A DNA stretch of 64,000 nt from Selaginella moellendorffii (taxonomy: Eukaryota; Plantae; Lycopodiophyta), in contig NW_003314361.1 in assembly GCF_000143415.4 (NCBI RefSeq), positions 531,697 to 595,696 on the forward strand, in the 5' to 3' direction. This document shows, one piece after another, positions 27,273-42,150 of this stretch. The first letter of the stretch is position 1; each line of letters opens with the position of its first letter. The notes under the pieces were generated by a model. That model had not been told where the DNA came from. It worked only from the letters and a program-made list of their open reading frames with translations, and searched no databases. A program made the translations under genes and the position numbers.

Positions 27273-27503
27273 CATTCACTCTTTCTCTCGTCTTCAGGTT
27301 GTTACTTCCAATTCTATCGGGTGGAACGGGCTGCATAGCTGAAAGCGTTCGCGAGACGTAAGCAAAGGAGTGTCCGTTTAGTAGTTCTCACAAACCTCTT
27401 TCGCAGGATACTATCAACTTTGGGACATTTGGAACACGACATCAATCTGAAGCTACTGGTAGATGCAAAGACCAAGCTTTCACAAACCGAAGCAATGGTC
27501 TAA
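24707..27503 (+). CDS. DNAAF5: HEAT-repeat dynein axonemal assembly factor 5 (DNAAF5/HEATR2)-like, multi-exon; 3' end approximate
   Basis: RDVNCLLDPSVSVRKAAL, ILRRFADPSEKCRCLAVSIL, LPYILPVVSERL, EPSEEVRLFLVRLL, DSYPEV, LVHNRYKVRVAAL, LATDKSVAVRK, RPCLGARILV. Confidence 0.75.
27224..27268 (+). repeat. (CT)n microsatellite in an intron
   Basis: About 18 consecutive tc units. Confidence 0.95.
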
Positions 27504-28100
27504 ACTTACAGGTTCTTTAACAATATTTTATGTAACACAAACTTCTTTCCAGGACTTACGAGTCGAATAACAAACTCTCGGGAGCGTCCAGTTCGTGTAG
27601 AAGATACGCTTGGCAACAATCAAATGGAATGTTCCAAAGGATGCATTGGCAGGAATGTCTAGTGAAATTCTCATTTAGCTAGTTTTCTTCCTTTAGTAGA
27701 CTTCCCAAATGCAAAAAGGAGATTAGCTCGACGGCTGGATGGTGTTTGGAATTGTGATCAATGGTTGTGTGTTTGTGGGAATCAACCATAGTATATTATG
27801 CAATTTAGAACTTTTATTTCTATTTCTCTTGAGATATTTGATTGTTTGAAATGGGAAAGGGAGGTGATTGTCAAGGACTTACACCATTTCAAGGACTACT
27901 CAGTCTGAGACTTGTCATAGCCAACTCGTATCTCGTTTGGGAATGTTAAGAAGCTCAAGGCTTACTTGAAGTGGTTGCATCCCCTCTGCCCATGCTGTGG
28001 TGAGAAAGCAAAGTTTGATTACTTCAATAATCATTATGTCATCTAGCCCCGTTACAAGTGTTGCGACAACAAACATCAGAAGTTCATATACAGTGGCACC

Positions 28101-28445
28101 ATGAGGCCAAAGAAGGATTATGATGTCAACATGGAACGCCTCAAAAAGAAAACCAAGAAGCAGCAGCAGCAGAGGCCAAGCAGGTTTGGTGGTGGCAAGA
28201 AAGGCATAGCATTGGTGCATCAAAGCCCTAAAAGTGACCAATTGTTTCTAGTCAACAGTGAGCTCCAGAGCTTGATCGAGTCTCTCATGGAAGACATGAA
28301 AGATGGGCATGTGTCAAAGTACACATGTGGCATATGTGGGGAGGAAGTCCACATGGATTTCAGTGAGGAAAATGAGAATCTCAAAGAATTTGTCAAAGAT
28401 TTCAAGGTTGATGAGGGGGATGATAATGGTACTACTACAATTTGA
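28101..28445 (+). other. 114-aa ORF of unknown nature (basic/polyQ start, CGIC motif, acidic end); possibly TE-derived
   Basis: ATG-initiated open frame inside a CpG-poor repeat-like tract. Confidence 0.25.
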
Positions 28446-30173
28446 GCAGCTCATAACACTGACAATTCACAATCTGAGCTTTTCAATGCATTGATCCCTG
28501 CATTAGATTGAGAAGATATAGATATAGATGAATCTTGGTCGTTTATTCTATGTGGCATGGATTTGTTTATCAAATTAAAAGCATCTTCTATATTTTCACT
28601 GGATACTCTAAAAATGGAATACAGAAATGCACAGGTGGAATATTTACCCTGATGCCAGTATCACTTTTAATTGAATAAGTATGATGATTTCAATTTAAAT
28701 TAATTAAAATATAATATTTCTAGTTAGAATACATTAATTTAGATTTATTCTATTATATATATCTTTATTAGGAAATTATTATTAAAAATAAATAAATCTA
28801 AAAATAATATTTTACATATTTTTCCAAGCATTTCTGACATAGTATATTTATATAGTTTAAAAGAATAATTGTATCTTTGAATTTATGATTTTATTTAACT
28901 ATGATTTTTTGGTTTGTTATTCATTTGTAGAAGTGGTGATCCTAGCAAGGCTTATTTTTGCATATCTAGCCCACAATCACATAACAAACCCACTCATATG
29001 GTTTTTTGGATTTTGTATAGTTTTCCATGTGTTAGAGTGTTTTCTTTATATAACGTGTAGAGATATATATGGCCTTTTTTACTCTAGCACCAATAAATTC
29101 TTAGAAATACATGTTTCAATAATCTGCTACACATTGCATGTAGCAACTCTTGGTTTGATTAGTAGTAATGTTGTTCATATTTATTAATATAATTGATCAA
29201 ATGGAAGTTTATAATTTATAAACACAAAATTAATCTTATTGAATATCAACCATTAGATGGTAGAATAAACTAGAATATACTAGGAAGTGTTTAGAAAAGT
29301 TTATAAATTATAAATACAAGATTAATCTAAATGAATAACAACCGTTAAATGGTAGAATATCCTTAAATATTCAAACATATATCCACTACCATGGTTTGCT
29401 TAAGAAACCCAAAAATAAAAATAAGTAATTATAGAATCACTAGTAGAAGCTTTAGAAGCTGCACTACTTTCTAGTATATAGCTCTTATCAAGGTGCCTTT
29501 CCTTGGTTGTGTCTCTTATTGTGCATATCATGGCTCATGCTCATGAGTCCAGCCATAGTGATGGTGCTACCTCATTGTGATAGCACTTCACACAGAGAGA
29601 CTTTTAGTGACTATGAGTCCCTTAAACTACCCAACTAAGCTTCAGAACAGGCTCAAGGGTTTGATTCTCTTTGAGATTATAGGATGTATTGAGTTCTAAG
29701 GCTCTTCTTTGTAGGCATATCACACGCCTTCCCCTTAGGATGATATTGTTGAGTGCTACAGTAAACGATTGGTTTTTGTTATTTTATTTATTTTATTTTT
29801 GATTCAGTGGCCTTTCTTGCAGATCATATCCACCGCCTCCAACTGTATCAATCTTAAAGTTGTCTGCAAAGGAGTTCATCACAACCAACTTGTTCTTGAC
29901 GAGCTTAAGGTACTGCTTTGCTTACTTGTTATAGTATCATTAGTACTACCATGAAATAATATACCATCCTAGTGAGAATAGGTTGTATCTTATACTTCAT
30001 TCGGGCAAAACACCACCTCCTGACCGTGATCTAGCTAAGGATTGCAGTTTCAAATCAAAGCAGCCTTTTGTGACAGTGTAAAACTTACCAAAGAAAAGAT
30101 AAATTCTCAGAAGTTAACTAGGAAATTCTTTTCATCTGTTAAAGCAAAGTTTAGGTCATTATGTATATAGGTC

Positions 30174-31346
30174 ATGGCAAGGAAGCGAGAAAGGAGCGAG
30201 TGTCCTCCACACCCAGGTTTCATAAAGAATCTTTGCTTCCAGTGTGGCCAGCCAAAACCTGAGAGTGATGGTGGCGATGGCGAAGGTGATGCTACACAGG
30301 GCTTGCTCTACCACAAGGACTTTGCGGAATTCCAGATCTCTCAGGGCAGTTTCGAGAGGCTCCGGGAAGAACAAGCCCAGAGGGCACTCGAGCATCGCAA
30401 GCTCATGCTGGTGCTCGACTTAGATCACACGCTCGTGAACTCGGCCAGCTTTGACGAAGTTTGCGCCGAGGAGAAGCCCTTCCTGGAGAGCATGTACGCG
30501 AGAGATCCACCCAAAGGGCGATCGAAGCTCCTCCACAAGCTCGACGATTTGCAGCTATGGACGAAGATCCGGCCGTTTGCGCTGGAGTTCCTGGCCCAAG
30601 CGAGCAAGCTCTTCGATCTCTACGTCTACACCATGGGAACGAGGATCTACGCCGAGGCAATGCTCAAGCTCTTGGATCCCACTGGAGTGCTTTTCAAGGG
30701 GCTGGTCTCCAGGAATGACAACGATCTCACGGATCATCGCGACAGGAAAGACTTGGACACTGTTCTTGGGCAGGAATCGAGCGTCTTGATCGTGGATGAT
30801 TTGCCGGAAGCTTGGCCCGAGGAGCAGCACAAGAACTTGATCCAGATCGATCGCTACCACTTCTTCTCGTCGAGCTGCAAGAGCTTTGGCTTTGACGAGA
30901 GCTCCAGCCTGGCGAGGAGAGGGATTGACGAGAGCCACAGCGGCGGGAGCCTGGCGAGCCTCTTGCAAGGGCTCGAGACGATCCACCGCGATTTCTTCCA
31001 GTATGGCGAGTTTTCCTTCCTGGAAGACGTGCGAGACACCGTGAGCGAGCTGCGCAGCCATATCCTCGAGGGCTGCAAGCTCGCGTTTAGCAGCGTGGTG
31101 CCCATCGATTGCGAGGATTCGCTGTGGATCTTGTGCGAGGGTCTGGGCGCCGAGTGTGTGCTCGAAATTGACGATTCCGTGACACACGTTGTGGCGATGG
31201 ATCCGGAGAGCGCTAGGGCGCGTTGGGCAGTGGAAAATGGGAAGCATCTTGTCAATCCCTCCTGGATGCGAGCAGCGGCTTTTAGACTGGGCAGGCCCAG
31301 AGAGTCCGAGTTCCAAGTGCGCAGACTAGGTCTCGAAGAACCCTAA
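30174..31346 (+). CDS. CPL4: RNA polymerase II CTD phosphatase-like (FCP1/CPL4-type), single exon
   Basis: N-terminal CPPHPGF..LCFQCGQ, catalytic LVLDLDHTLVNS, TKIRPF, YTMGTRIYA, KDLD.VLG.ES.VLIVDD, C-terminal BRCT (VTHVVA...HLVNPSW). Confidence 0.9.
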   Translation: MARKRERSECPPHPGFIKNLCFQCGQPKPESDGGDGEGDATQGLLYHKDFAEFQISQGSFERLREEQAQRALEHRKLMLVLDLDHTLVNSASFDEVCAEEKPFLESMYARDPPKGRSKLLHKLDDLQLWTKIRPFALEFLAQASKLFDLYVYTMGTRIYAEAMLKLLDPTGVLFKGLVSRNDNDLTDHRDRKDLDTVLGQESSVLIVDDLPEAWPEEQHKNLIQIDRYHFFSSSCKSFGFDESSSLARRGIDESHSGGSLASLLQGLETIHRDFFQYGEFSFLEDVRDTVSELRSHILEGCKLAFSSVVPIDCEDSLWILCEGLGAECVLEIDDSVTHVVAMDPESARARWAVENGKHLVNPSWMRAAAFRLGRPRESEFQVRRLGLEEP

Positions 31347-31478
31347 AAACAGAGTGAAGAGCCCTAATAAGGATGGGATTCGAACCTCTGACATTGCCGC
31401 GGATCGTAGCCGTTGAATTTGAATTTCGCGGACGGCTGTGGATCGAGATGTGGAAGGGGAGGAAATTAGGGTTTAAGG

Positions 31479-33108
31479 ATGAATAGGCTAGCGGAGTACC
31501 AGGCGGAGCTCCACCACAAGACGCAAGGAATCATCCACGCCAAGGCCAAGGCCGCGGAGGATCTGCGATGGGTCAAGGAAAATGTGGAGAAGATGGAGGG
31601 AACTCTCTCGGCGTTTCACGGTGCGCGGCGCGAGGTAAATTTCTCTCTTCTTGGAAAAGAGGACCAAACACTCTCACAGGTATCTTTGGAGAGGAAGCGG
31701 CAACTGAGGGACGATCTAGCAGCAATTGAGAAACGGTAGAGTAAGATTTCCAAGTTTTTTTCTCGCTCCAGGCCATGGTTTTTCTGATTTGTGAAGTTTG
31801 TGTAGCATGTAGCATGGCAGAGAGGGCGTTGGAAGTGGAAGCCCGACTCAAGGAAGCGGCGGCCACCGTGGTTGGCCTCAAGGACAAAGTTTGCTGCCTC
31901 GAGAAGGACTACAAGGCCGCAAAGTCGCAAGCCGGATCCAAGAGTAACTCGCCGCCACCCTCGACCAGCACCACCACAAACGTCGTCGACAACCACGACA
32001 TCATCAAGGAGCGACTGGAAGTCGCCGAGGCACAGCTCGCGCACGACTCGGACCTCGTCTCCAAGCTCTACCACCGCGTCTGCGTCCTCAACTCCAGCTT
32101 GGTGGAGGCCAAGAACAAAGGCGCTCAGCAGCAGCAGCAGGGATCATCCGCCGGAGCCATCACCGCCACCTCTCCAAGGCGGCTCTACGTGAAGCACCAC
32201 CGCCATCCAAAGGCCGGCTCTTCCTGCGATGGCAGCGCCAAGACGAGCCCCCGAGATGGCGATCCGAAAGATGGTGACAATTTCGCGAGTACCTCGGCCG
32301 GGAGCAGTGCCGTGACAAGCCCACGCAGCGATCAGCTCGCAAACGCGTCGGCGGAGCTGCCGCGGCCGCTAAACGACCATGAAGTGGACTGGATCCTCCA
32401 CGTTTGCGGGAAGAACTTCGAGGACGTCGGGATCAAGCTCTCGGACGCCAACGAGAAGCTTATCTCGCAGCTGCGAGACCGGGTGAGAGTTCTCACGGAC
32501 GAGGCCAAGAAGGACAGGACTCCGAGCCCCGGGAGGAGTCCGGAGGGAACCACGACTCCGCCCCGGTCTGGAGTTATGTCTCCCGCGGCGGCAGTGTCGC
32601 CATTCCAGCCTTCTCCAGGAGTGATCAACATTGGAGAAGCTCCCTCGGTCACGGTCCAGAAGATGGAGGACTCGCTAACGCAGGTCCAAAATCGGTGCAA
32701 GGCTTTGGCCGCAGGTATGGTGTGGAATCATCCATCGCTCATCTCTCTCGAGCTTTGCAAGGTTTGTATATAAACTTGCCTCGATCTTTGTTCTTGCAGA
32801 GATTGATTACATGGAGAAGAAGAAGGCCGCGGCTGTAGATGCGATCAAGACTCTAGACGCTGCCATCTCTGAGAAGCTTCCCCTTCTCAAATCCGCAACT
32901 CTGGATGCGAAGGTACTTCAGAGAGCTCGCTCGTTTGGGATGACTTTTTTTCTTCCAGAGGCTGAGAAGATGTCTCAAGCGTTCCGAGGAGGAAGAAGAG
33001 CCCATCAAGGAGACGAGGCTTGCCAACCTGATCAAGTTGTTCAAGAAGCCCGATAAGAACATAGAAAAGTACTTGATCAACAGAAGAGGAAACAAGTTTG
33101 ATGTGTAA
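31479..33108 (+). CDS. Uncharacterised coiled-coil protein, about 5 exons
   Basis: Coding-like composition, GT-AG introns, heptad segments alternating with S/P/T-rich SP/TP tracts; last exon LRRCLKRSEEEEEPIKETRLANLIKLFKKP...KFDV*. Confidence 0.7.
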
Positions 33109-33536
33109 GAAACGCTATGAAATGAAATTTTTTTACAAGTTTTCTCTTTTGTGCTTGTTCTCAAGAACCAATTCTTCATCCATATCTATGTTTTCCGGTC
33201 GGAATGATTGCTCTCCTTTGTTCCAAGGATTAATCCCGGGTAGACTACTCCGGGCAGCAGCAGCCTTGGCAGCACGAATCACTTCACTCTCGCGTTGGCG
33301 GCCGTCCACCTTCTTCGCGCTGCCTCGCGCTGCCGCAATTCATCCACCAAAGTTCTTGAGATGATCTCTACCAATCCCTTATAAACTCAATGTTACTATA
33401 AAGCACTCTCTTGCGCTAGCCTGATTCCTCCTCTGCTTCACTCATCTTCCTGCCCTGCGGCTCGATTTGAGCAGCCTCGTCTCCAAAGAACTGAAGGCTG
33501 AAGAGAAACTTCAAGCTCGAGAAGTCTTTCCCTTTG

Positions 33537-36430
33537 TCAACCTCCAGCCGCTGGATAAGTCGCGAGCTGGAAGTTATTCCCGTCTCGGAGTGCTAGTCCC
33601 AGCATATGTTCCAAACTGTCGCCTAGCCTATGCACTTCAGCCGAAAGTGCCACCCCATCTTCTGAAGGACTTCCGCACACTGCAAGCAGGCAGAGCCCGT
33701 CCGACGTCAAACAAGGCCCCAAAAAGGACGGCGGAAGTTGGATGACTCGAGCTTTCATCATGGCAGGCTGCACCACTTGAAAAACCCGGCGTGTTACGTC
33801 AGTGACGAGAAGTTCCTCTTTGCCCGGTACAAACTCCATCCAGGTGATGCCTCTGCTGCCCCTATAGCCCCCAAGCTGAATGGTCACTCCGTTCGAAGTT
33901 AACTCCCGGAACGACTCGTCCAATCCGAAAACTTTGATCGATAAAGCTGACGAGTTCCAGAGAGCTAGAAGCCTCAAAGACTTGTCAAACGCGAGAAGAT
34001 CGGCTCCTCTGTTGAATGTCTTCGGCGGTCCAGTCGAACGTGCTCCAAAGTAGCCGATAAGGTGTATGTCCAGACGGGAAGTTAGGACATCTCTGATGAA
34101 AACGAGCACCTGGCCTGACCTGAGGAGGATGACTTTGATCAGCACCGACTGAGAAGAATCCATGTCGAAAAATTCCCGCTGCTCAGCGAACCTCGGAATA
34201 ATCAGATGTTCGAACTTCTGGGCCTGCGCTTCCAAGTCCTTTGCGGGTACGAGCTCGACTGCTTTCCACGACACGCGCTCGTTCTGAGGTACTTTTCGCC
34301 TGAACATAACTCTGACTTGGCCGTTGTATCTTTTCTCGCTGCGAGTAAGCGTGATTGTCGGGCATGAGGCCCCAGGTTAGAGAGCTCTGACCTGTATTCT
34401 GCCACCAATTCGGACTTTTCTCAAGAACACTTCGTCCACGTCTTCGAAAGCGCCTCTCAGAAACTTAAGTCGCCTGTGCTCATAGATTGCACCCGCGCAG
34501 GAAGTTACTGGATTCCCCGCCACGAACTCAGTGTTTTCTTCCCCCGTCAATTTTCGTGCCACTTTTTCTCGCATAGAGTGGCATTCCTCGTCACAAACGG
34601 GAACAGGAGATCGTTGCCTGCGAGCGCAACTGTGAAGAGTGCCTCGTCTTCTGCTTCGAGAATCCCGAGCTCTGCTTTGTGGCTGATTACGAATTCAGCA
34701 AAACGAGCCTCTCTCTCAAGGCCTACACTTCCATGGAAGCCAAGCCAAGTCAAGAATCCAGAGTCCACAGTGTCGAACTTGATGTGGCTTTTGCCGCTTC
34801 TCCAGAAGATCCGAAGTGCTTGTCCGTGAAAGTGTCTTTGCTGAACACTGGACTCTTGCCGCAACCACTGCTAGTGAGCTTGAGGATGCATTGTGAACCA
34901 TTGTCATTGGTTCCGGAAAGCCACTCTCCATACAGCACGAACCCGGACTCTCGGGTGCCAGACTTCCGTATGGTGTACGTGTTTTCGCCATCAAATACCA
35001 CTCTCGAGCCAACGAACAGCATGAAGCCCCGGCTGCTATCACCTGTCAAGAAGCTGTTCAGCCTGGACTCCAGAGTCTCCAGAATTCGTTTGTCCTGATC
35101 CGTGGTAGACGTGCCAGAATTTTTCGTGTAGTCGAAAAACTCTCGACCACTGGGACTGCCTAGTTGAAAAGCTGCACCGTGACCATGCTCCTTCGAATAT
35201 ATCCCTTCTTCCGTTGCCTCAGGTAAGCGAGAAGCCCGTCTGCAAAGACCTTCAACACTACCATCATCATCACCATCTGGTAGTGTTTGTTGTTGGAGAG
35301 TTCTCTTAGGCGTTCCTGCCTCCGTTGTTCAACCGCATTGAGCTTCGTGCTCAGATCTTTGAAGCCTTCAAGCTCAGCACAGCTTGTGAACGTCGAAAAC
35401 GTATCTTCACTGAGCTGGCTAAAGTTGAGGTTGACATTCCCCCACTCCTTCATTTTCCCTGGAACATCCTTGTGGTCTACTCGTCACCCTGGTATTTGGT
35501 CGCCAGAGTGTACTTCTCAGGAACAAGCAAAGCACACCGATGGAAACCTCCACTCCAGAGAGGAGAAGAAACACTGGAAGTCATCCGCAGCTGGAAGCCT
35601 CACACCACCACAAGATCGTTCTCTGACGAGTTGACAATGGATATCTGCAGCTTTTGTGTCTGGTTCTTCTTCGGTCCCAACTTCCCATTGCCATCCTCAA
35701 CGTCAATGCAGCAGTAGACCGTGTCACAGAGATCCAGAGGTAACGTATGAAGTTGCAAGATACGTCACCCCGTCGTGCAGCCGAGAACTTCTTGTCCGGG
35801 TGCCAGTAGAAGAGCACAAGCTTTTCCACGGAGAGTGCTCCACAGAGTCCAGGCAATAGCAAATCCTCTCGAAGGGCTTTCACTTCTTCGTCTGGAAGTT
35901 GACAGTGGTGGAGAAGAGCTTCGGCCACTATACGCTTGCTCCCGTAAAGACCCACAGTGGCTAGAAAGGAGCTGTCCAGAAGAGAGAGCTCCAGGATCCA
36001 GCGGCCGCTAGAAGATGACTTGATCGATCCAGGAGCCAGCGTGTTGAAGAGAGCAGAGATGTCGGCTCGAGTGAGCAACACCTTCTCCACGAAGCTCAGC
36101 TGCTGTGTGTCGGACTTAATCCCAATGAGATTGAAAAGAGCGCTGGATTGGAAAGACTTCTATTGGATCGCAGACACCCGCGTAGGAAAACCAAAATTTC
36201 TTGAACCTAGCTCTTACCTCGCGAAAGGCTCCAACACTTGCGCGATCGAGCCCTGTCCGCCGAGAAGCAGCCACCAGAGGAGCCTCGAAACCCCAGCCGC
36301 CGCGCCAAATGGATATGGATCGCCAGCGTTGCCGGCGCGGCGATTATCGAGGCGATGGAAGTGACCGATCGTGCGGGCTTTACTAGGGCTTTCACGAAAT
36401 TTGGAGGGAAAATTTGTCCACATCCAACGG
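33537..36430 (-). pseudogene. Frameshifted, truncated N-terminal part of a large fungal-type protein (family resembling VLIG-GTPase/vWA giants)
   Basis: FVEKVLL..ISALFNTLAPGS, LDSSFLATVGLYGSK, LFYWHP, NFIRYL/LDLCDTVYCCID (needs a 1-nt shift), LLAFDKSLRLLAL, FGLDESFREL, MEFVPGKEELLVTD; coding pieces in several frames. Confidence 0.55.
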
Positions 36431-36614
36431 TTCAAGATTAATCTTAGTATTTAAAATAATAAGTACACGTTTATTACCAATTCCAGGACAAACCTTTAAA
36501 TTTTTTTGCTGTGCATTTCTATGGCTGGACGCGTGGAATCTCCTATTATCTTGACAACCCTAAAAGAAATATTGGGATCATTTAGCTAGGGCTGGTGTTG
36601 GAGATCTTGGATCC

Positions 36615-39314
<2,700 letters not shown>

Positions 39315-39606
39315 AAGGATTTTGATGTGGCACAGCACTCGTTTCTTCTTTTGTGAATAAAACTACTTTTCAGGATGCTCCGTAACTTCTCCACAAGAGA
39401 TCGAAACCAAATATTTAATGTCATGGAATACACATGAAATTCCATGTTGAATTGTCAGAGCTTATCGTGTACTTCTTCACAAAGTAAAGGTGAGTCTACA
39501 GGAACTTTTGGAAAGAAAGAATTCGATGACAATCGCAAAGGTCAGCTTAGAATAGAATCAAAGACAGTAAGTTCATCGAAGGCATAGAAGTATAGTGGAG
39601 ATGTAG

Positions 39607-40610
39607 CTAGGAAGAGACCTCCGTGAGCAAGGGAGAAGTGGCTGGATCAGTAGCATCCGATGCGTGCTTCCCCGAGCTCTCGCCACGACAAGGCGACTTA
39701 TTAGAGTTCCCTTTGGATGCTGCCTCTTTCGCAGTTCTGTGAAACATCGTCACGGTTCCAAGAAAAGAGCGAGAGGGTCTACTCACTTCTCACGGCGTCT
39801 CTGAAGAAAACGCTGGAGTGATGCCTTTCGCGCCTGTGGCAACTCTGGGAGAACAAACAAAACGAACGTGTTAAGATCGCCCAAGCAGTGAATTCGTACC
39901 AGAAGAAGAGATCACAACTTTGTTGGTGTTAGCAGCAACGTTGATCGAAGGCCACGACTTCACATCCCCGGCCAGGAGCATGATCGCATAAGCCTATGAC
40001 AAGAACTTCTCTAGAAGTTGCAAAACCAAAGGAAAAACGATGCCTTGTCTGGCGAAACGTCGTCAAACACGGACACTGCTCCATCGTAAAACATCGTAAG
40101 ATTGGCGGCGTCCACAGCAGCGGCAGCCTTGAGATCGATGCTTGTCCTGCCACCCAAGAGAGACAGACAAAGAGGAGAAAAGCAAAGCCAAAAGCGAAGA
40201 AGAAGGCTCAAGTAACTCTCTAGAGAGAGAAAGTAAAACTCCACGTACATTGCCATGGGTTTCTTCGCTGGAGCCTCGTCGAGCGGCGGAGATGGGCTCC
40301 TCTTGGCGGCTCCACTCGAAGCCGGGGAAGGATCGCACAGGCTCTTGAGCGAGAGAAGTTGCTGCACGGCCTGGGCCTTGTTCCAAGACGGACGGCGCAT
40401 TCCTGGAACGAAACTCTTGAAAAGTTCGTCGAGAGCGTTGCAGGCACAAGAATCTCACATACCCTTCTCCTTGAGGTAGCGCCGGCAATCCTCCCGAGTG
40501 AGCTGCATCACGTCCTCGTCCGTGAGCTCCTCCAGCTTCCTCAACCTCTCGGCGCTGACGCTGGTGGACACCTTCTCCTCGATCCCCAGGAAATCGACCA
40601 TGCTAGACAT
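39607..40610 (-). CDS. PPD: PEAPOD-type TIFY protein
   Basis: PPD domain LEELTDEDVMQLTREDCRRYLKEKGMRRPSWNKAQAVQQLLSLKSL; ZIM/TIFY LTMFYDGAVSVFDDVSPDKA; Jas-like LPQARKASLQRFLQRRREK. Confidence 0.92.
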
Positions 40611-40696
40611 TTCATGCTAGGATCCTCCACTCAAGGGGCTCCTCCTAAAACTCGCTCGCCTCAGTAGCTATAGCTGGCTATGGCGGACAAACTAAA

Positions 40697-40726
40697 ACGC
40701 ACGTGTTAATCGATGTACGCACGTGG
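40697..40726. promoter_or_regulatory. Paired G-boxes upstream of PPD
   Basis: ACGCACGTG twice, with CACGTG at 40700 and 40720. Confidence 0.55.
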
Positions 40727-41019
40727 AAATTCGAGAGAATATACTCGGGTAAGTTGGGCCAGTGAAATATCTGTTTTCGGAGAGTTCCACCGCAACAAAC
40801 AGTACCTAATACCCACACACACATAAATCATGGCACCTGCTAGAAAAGGACTAACCAATGTGTTTTTTGTAATTCAAAAGCAAATAAAATGAAGTTGAAT
40901 GAAAACTCAAATCTGTTTTCATATTTCAGTCCCTCTAAAAACGAATGCAGCTCATGAAGCTCTCAAAGGAACCATGAACTTGTTTTGCGAGAGAGCAGCA
41001 CTGCAACAAGACTAGTACG

Positions 41020-42150
41020 CACAAGAACCGCTTGCCTGTGAGCTGTTCCACCATTTTGTCTATAAAGAAAACATCATGCTCTTGCTTGATCGGCATGCCA
41101 AAGTCGGCCACTCCACATCGGGATTCATCAGTTGAGGATGCACAGCTGCTCCTTGCTTTCCTGCCAGTCGAAGTCTAAAATATGCACCTCATACTCTGGC
41201 GCGTCCTCGTCTTTGATCGCGGAAGCTCTGAGCATGACGTTGCCCAGGCGCAGGTCCCCATGCACAAAGCTTTTCGAGTGGCCCGTGGCTGCAGTAGCAG
41301 CAGCAATGCAGGGCTTGAGCTTGGCAAGATGATTTGCGTCTTCGCGAGCACCCTCTACCACGTCCACTGCTGACACCCACCCAGCGTCACCTATGCTTAC
41401 CATCCACCAGTTCATGCTGGTTTGCTTCACAGCCTTGAGCGAAGAGCCTTCGATCATCCGGCTGCACAACGTTGTCAAGATTCCTCAGCGGCCAAGGGAT
41501 GGTCGCGCCTTGCCACCTCACAATGAGTTCTTCTCTGTTTGCTTCCTCCACGAAGATGCAAATGGCCCCAGTCGTCCTGATCGCCTCAAAGTCTCCATAA
41601 CACGTCGTCACAGGCTCGGGCCAAAGTTGTGGTCGCTCTCCATCGATGCAGCGAGGACATGCAGGACTTCCACGTTGATCACGAGCGCATTGGGGCTTTC
41701 CAGTCCAGGAAGAGACGTCCCACTCTCTTCGTGGCCCATATCGGCTTTCACTCCTCCAGAAAGCGCTGCGTATGGTATAAAAGCCTCCCCAAGGTATTTG
41801 GCCAAGAGCTTGATTGTGATCTCGTATACCGCTCCGTCACGTACTCGGGATCATCTCCCAAAAGCTCTTGGCAAACTTGAGATCCGTAGCTTCGATCTGG
41901 CCATGCTTGAGGTTGTTGGCGAGGTTGGAGAAAGGCTCGTAGAGCAGTGGTGGAACAGCAGCTTGCGGGACGTAGCACGGGAACTCTGCTGGATTCTGGG
42001 CCTGGTATTCCCTCCACACGTAGTGATCGCACAGCTCGGACGGTCGATGATCTCTTGCTTTGGAATGAAATTCAATCGCATTTTTGGTGTCTATGACCTC
42101 AAAAATACTGATTTGAGCTTGCACGAAGCTCTCGAGCATCCGAGATTCCT
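41020..42150 (-). pseudogene. Frameshifted fungal/algal-type protein kinase-like (APH-fold) gene
   Basis: FVHGDLRLGNVML, VHILDFDW/(A)GKQGAAVHPQLMNPDVEWP/DFGMPIKQEHDVF across frameshifts; upstream AVPPLLYEPF. Confidence 0.7.

Noticed and set aside
31372-31387. tRNA-like T-loop (reverse GGTTCGAATCCCATC)
   Set aside because: No A-box, D-arm or acceptor stem can be folded; at most an isolated B-box-like match
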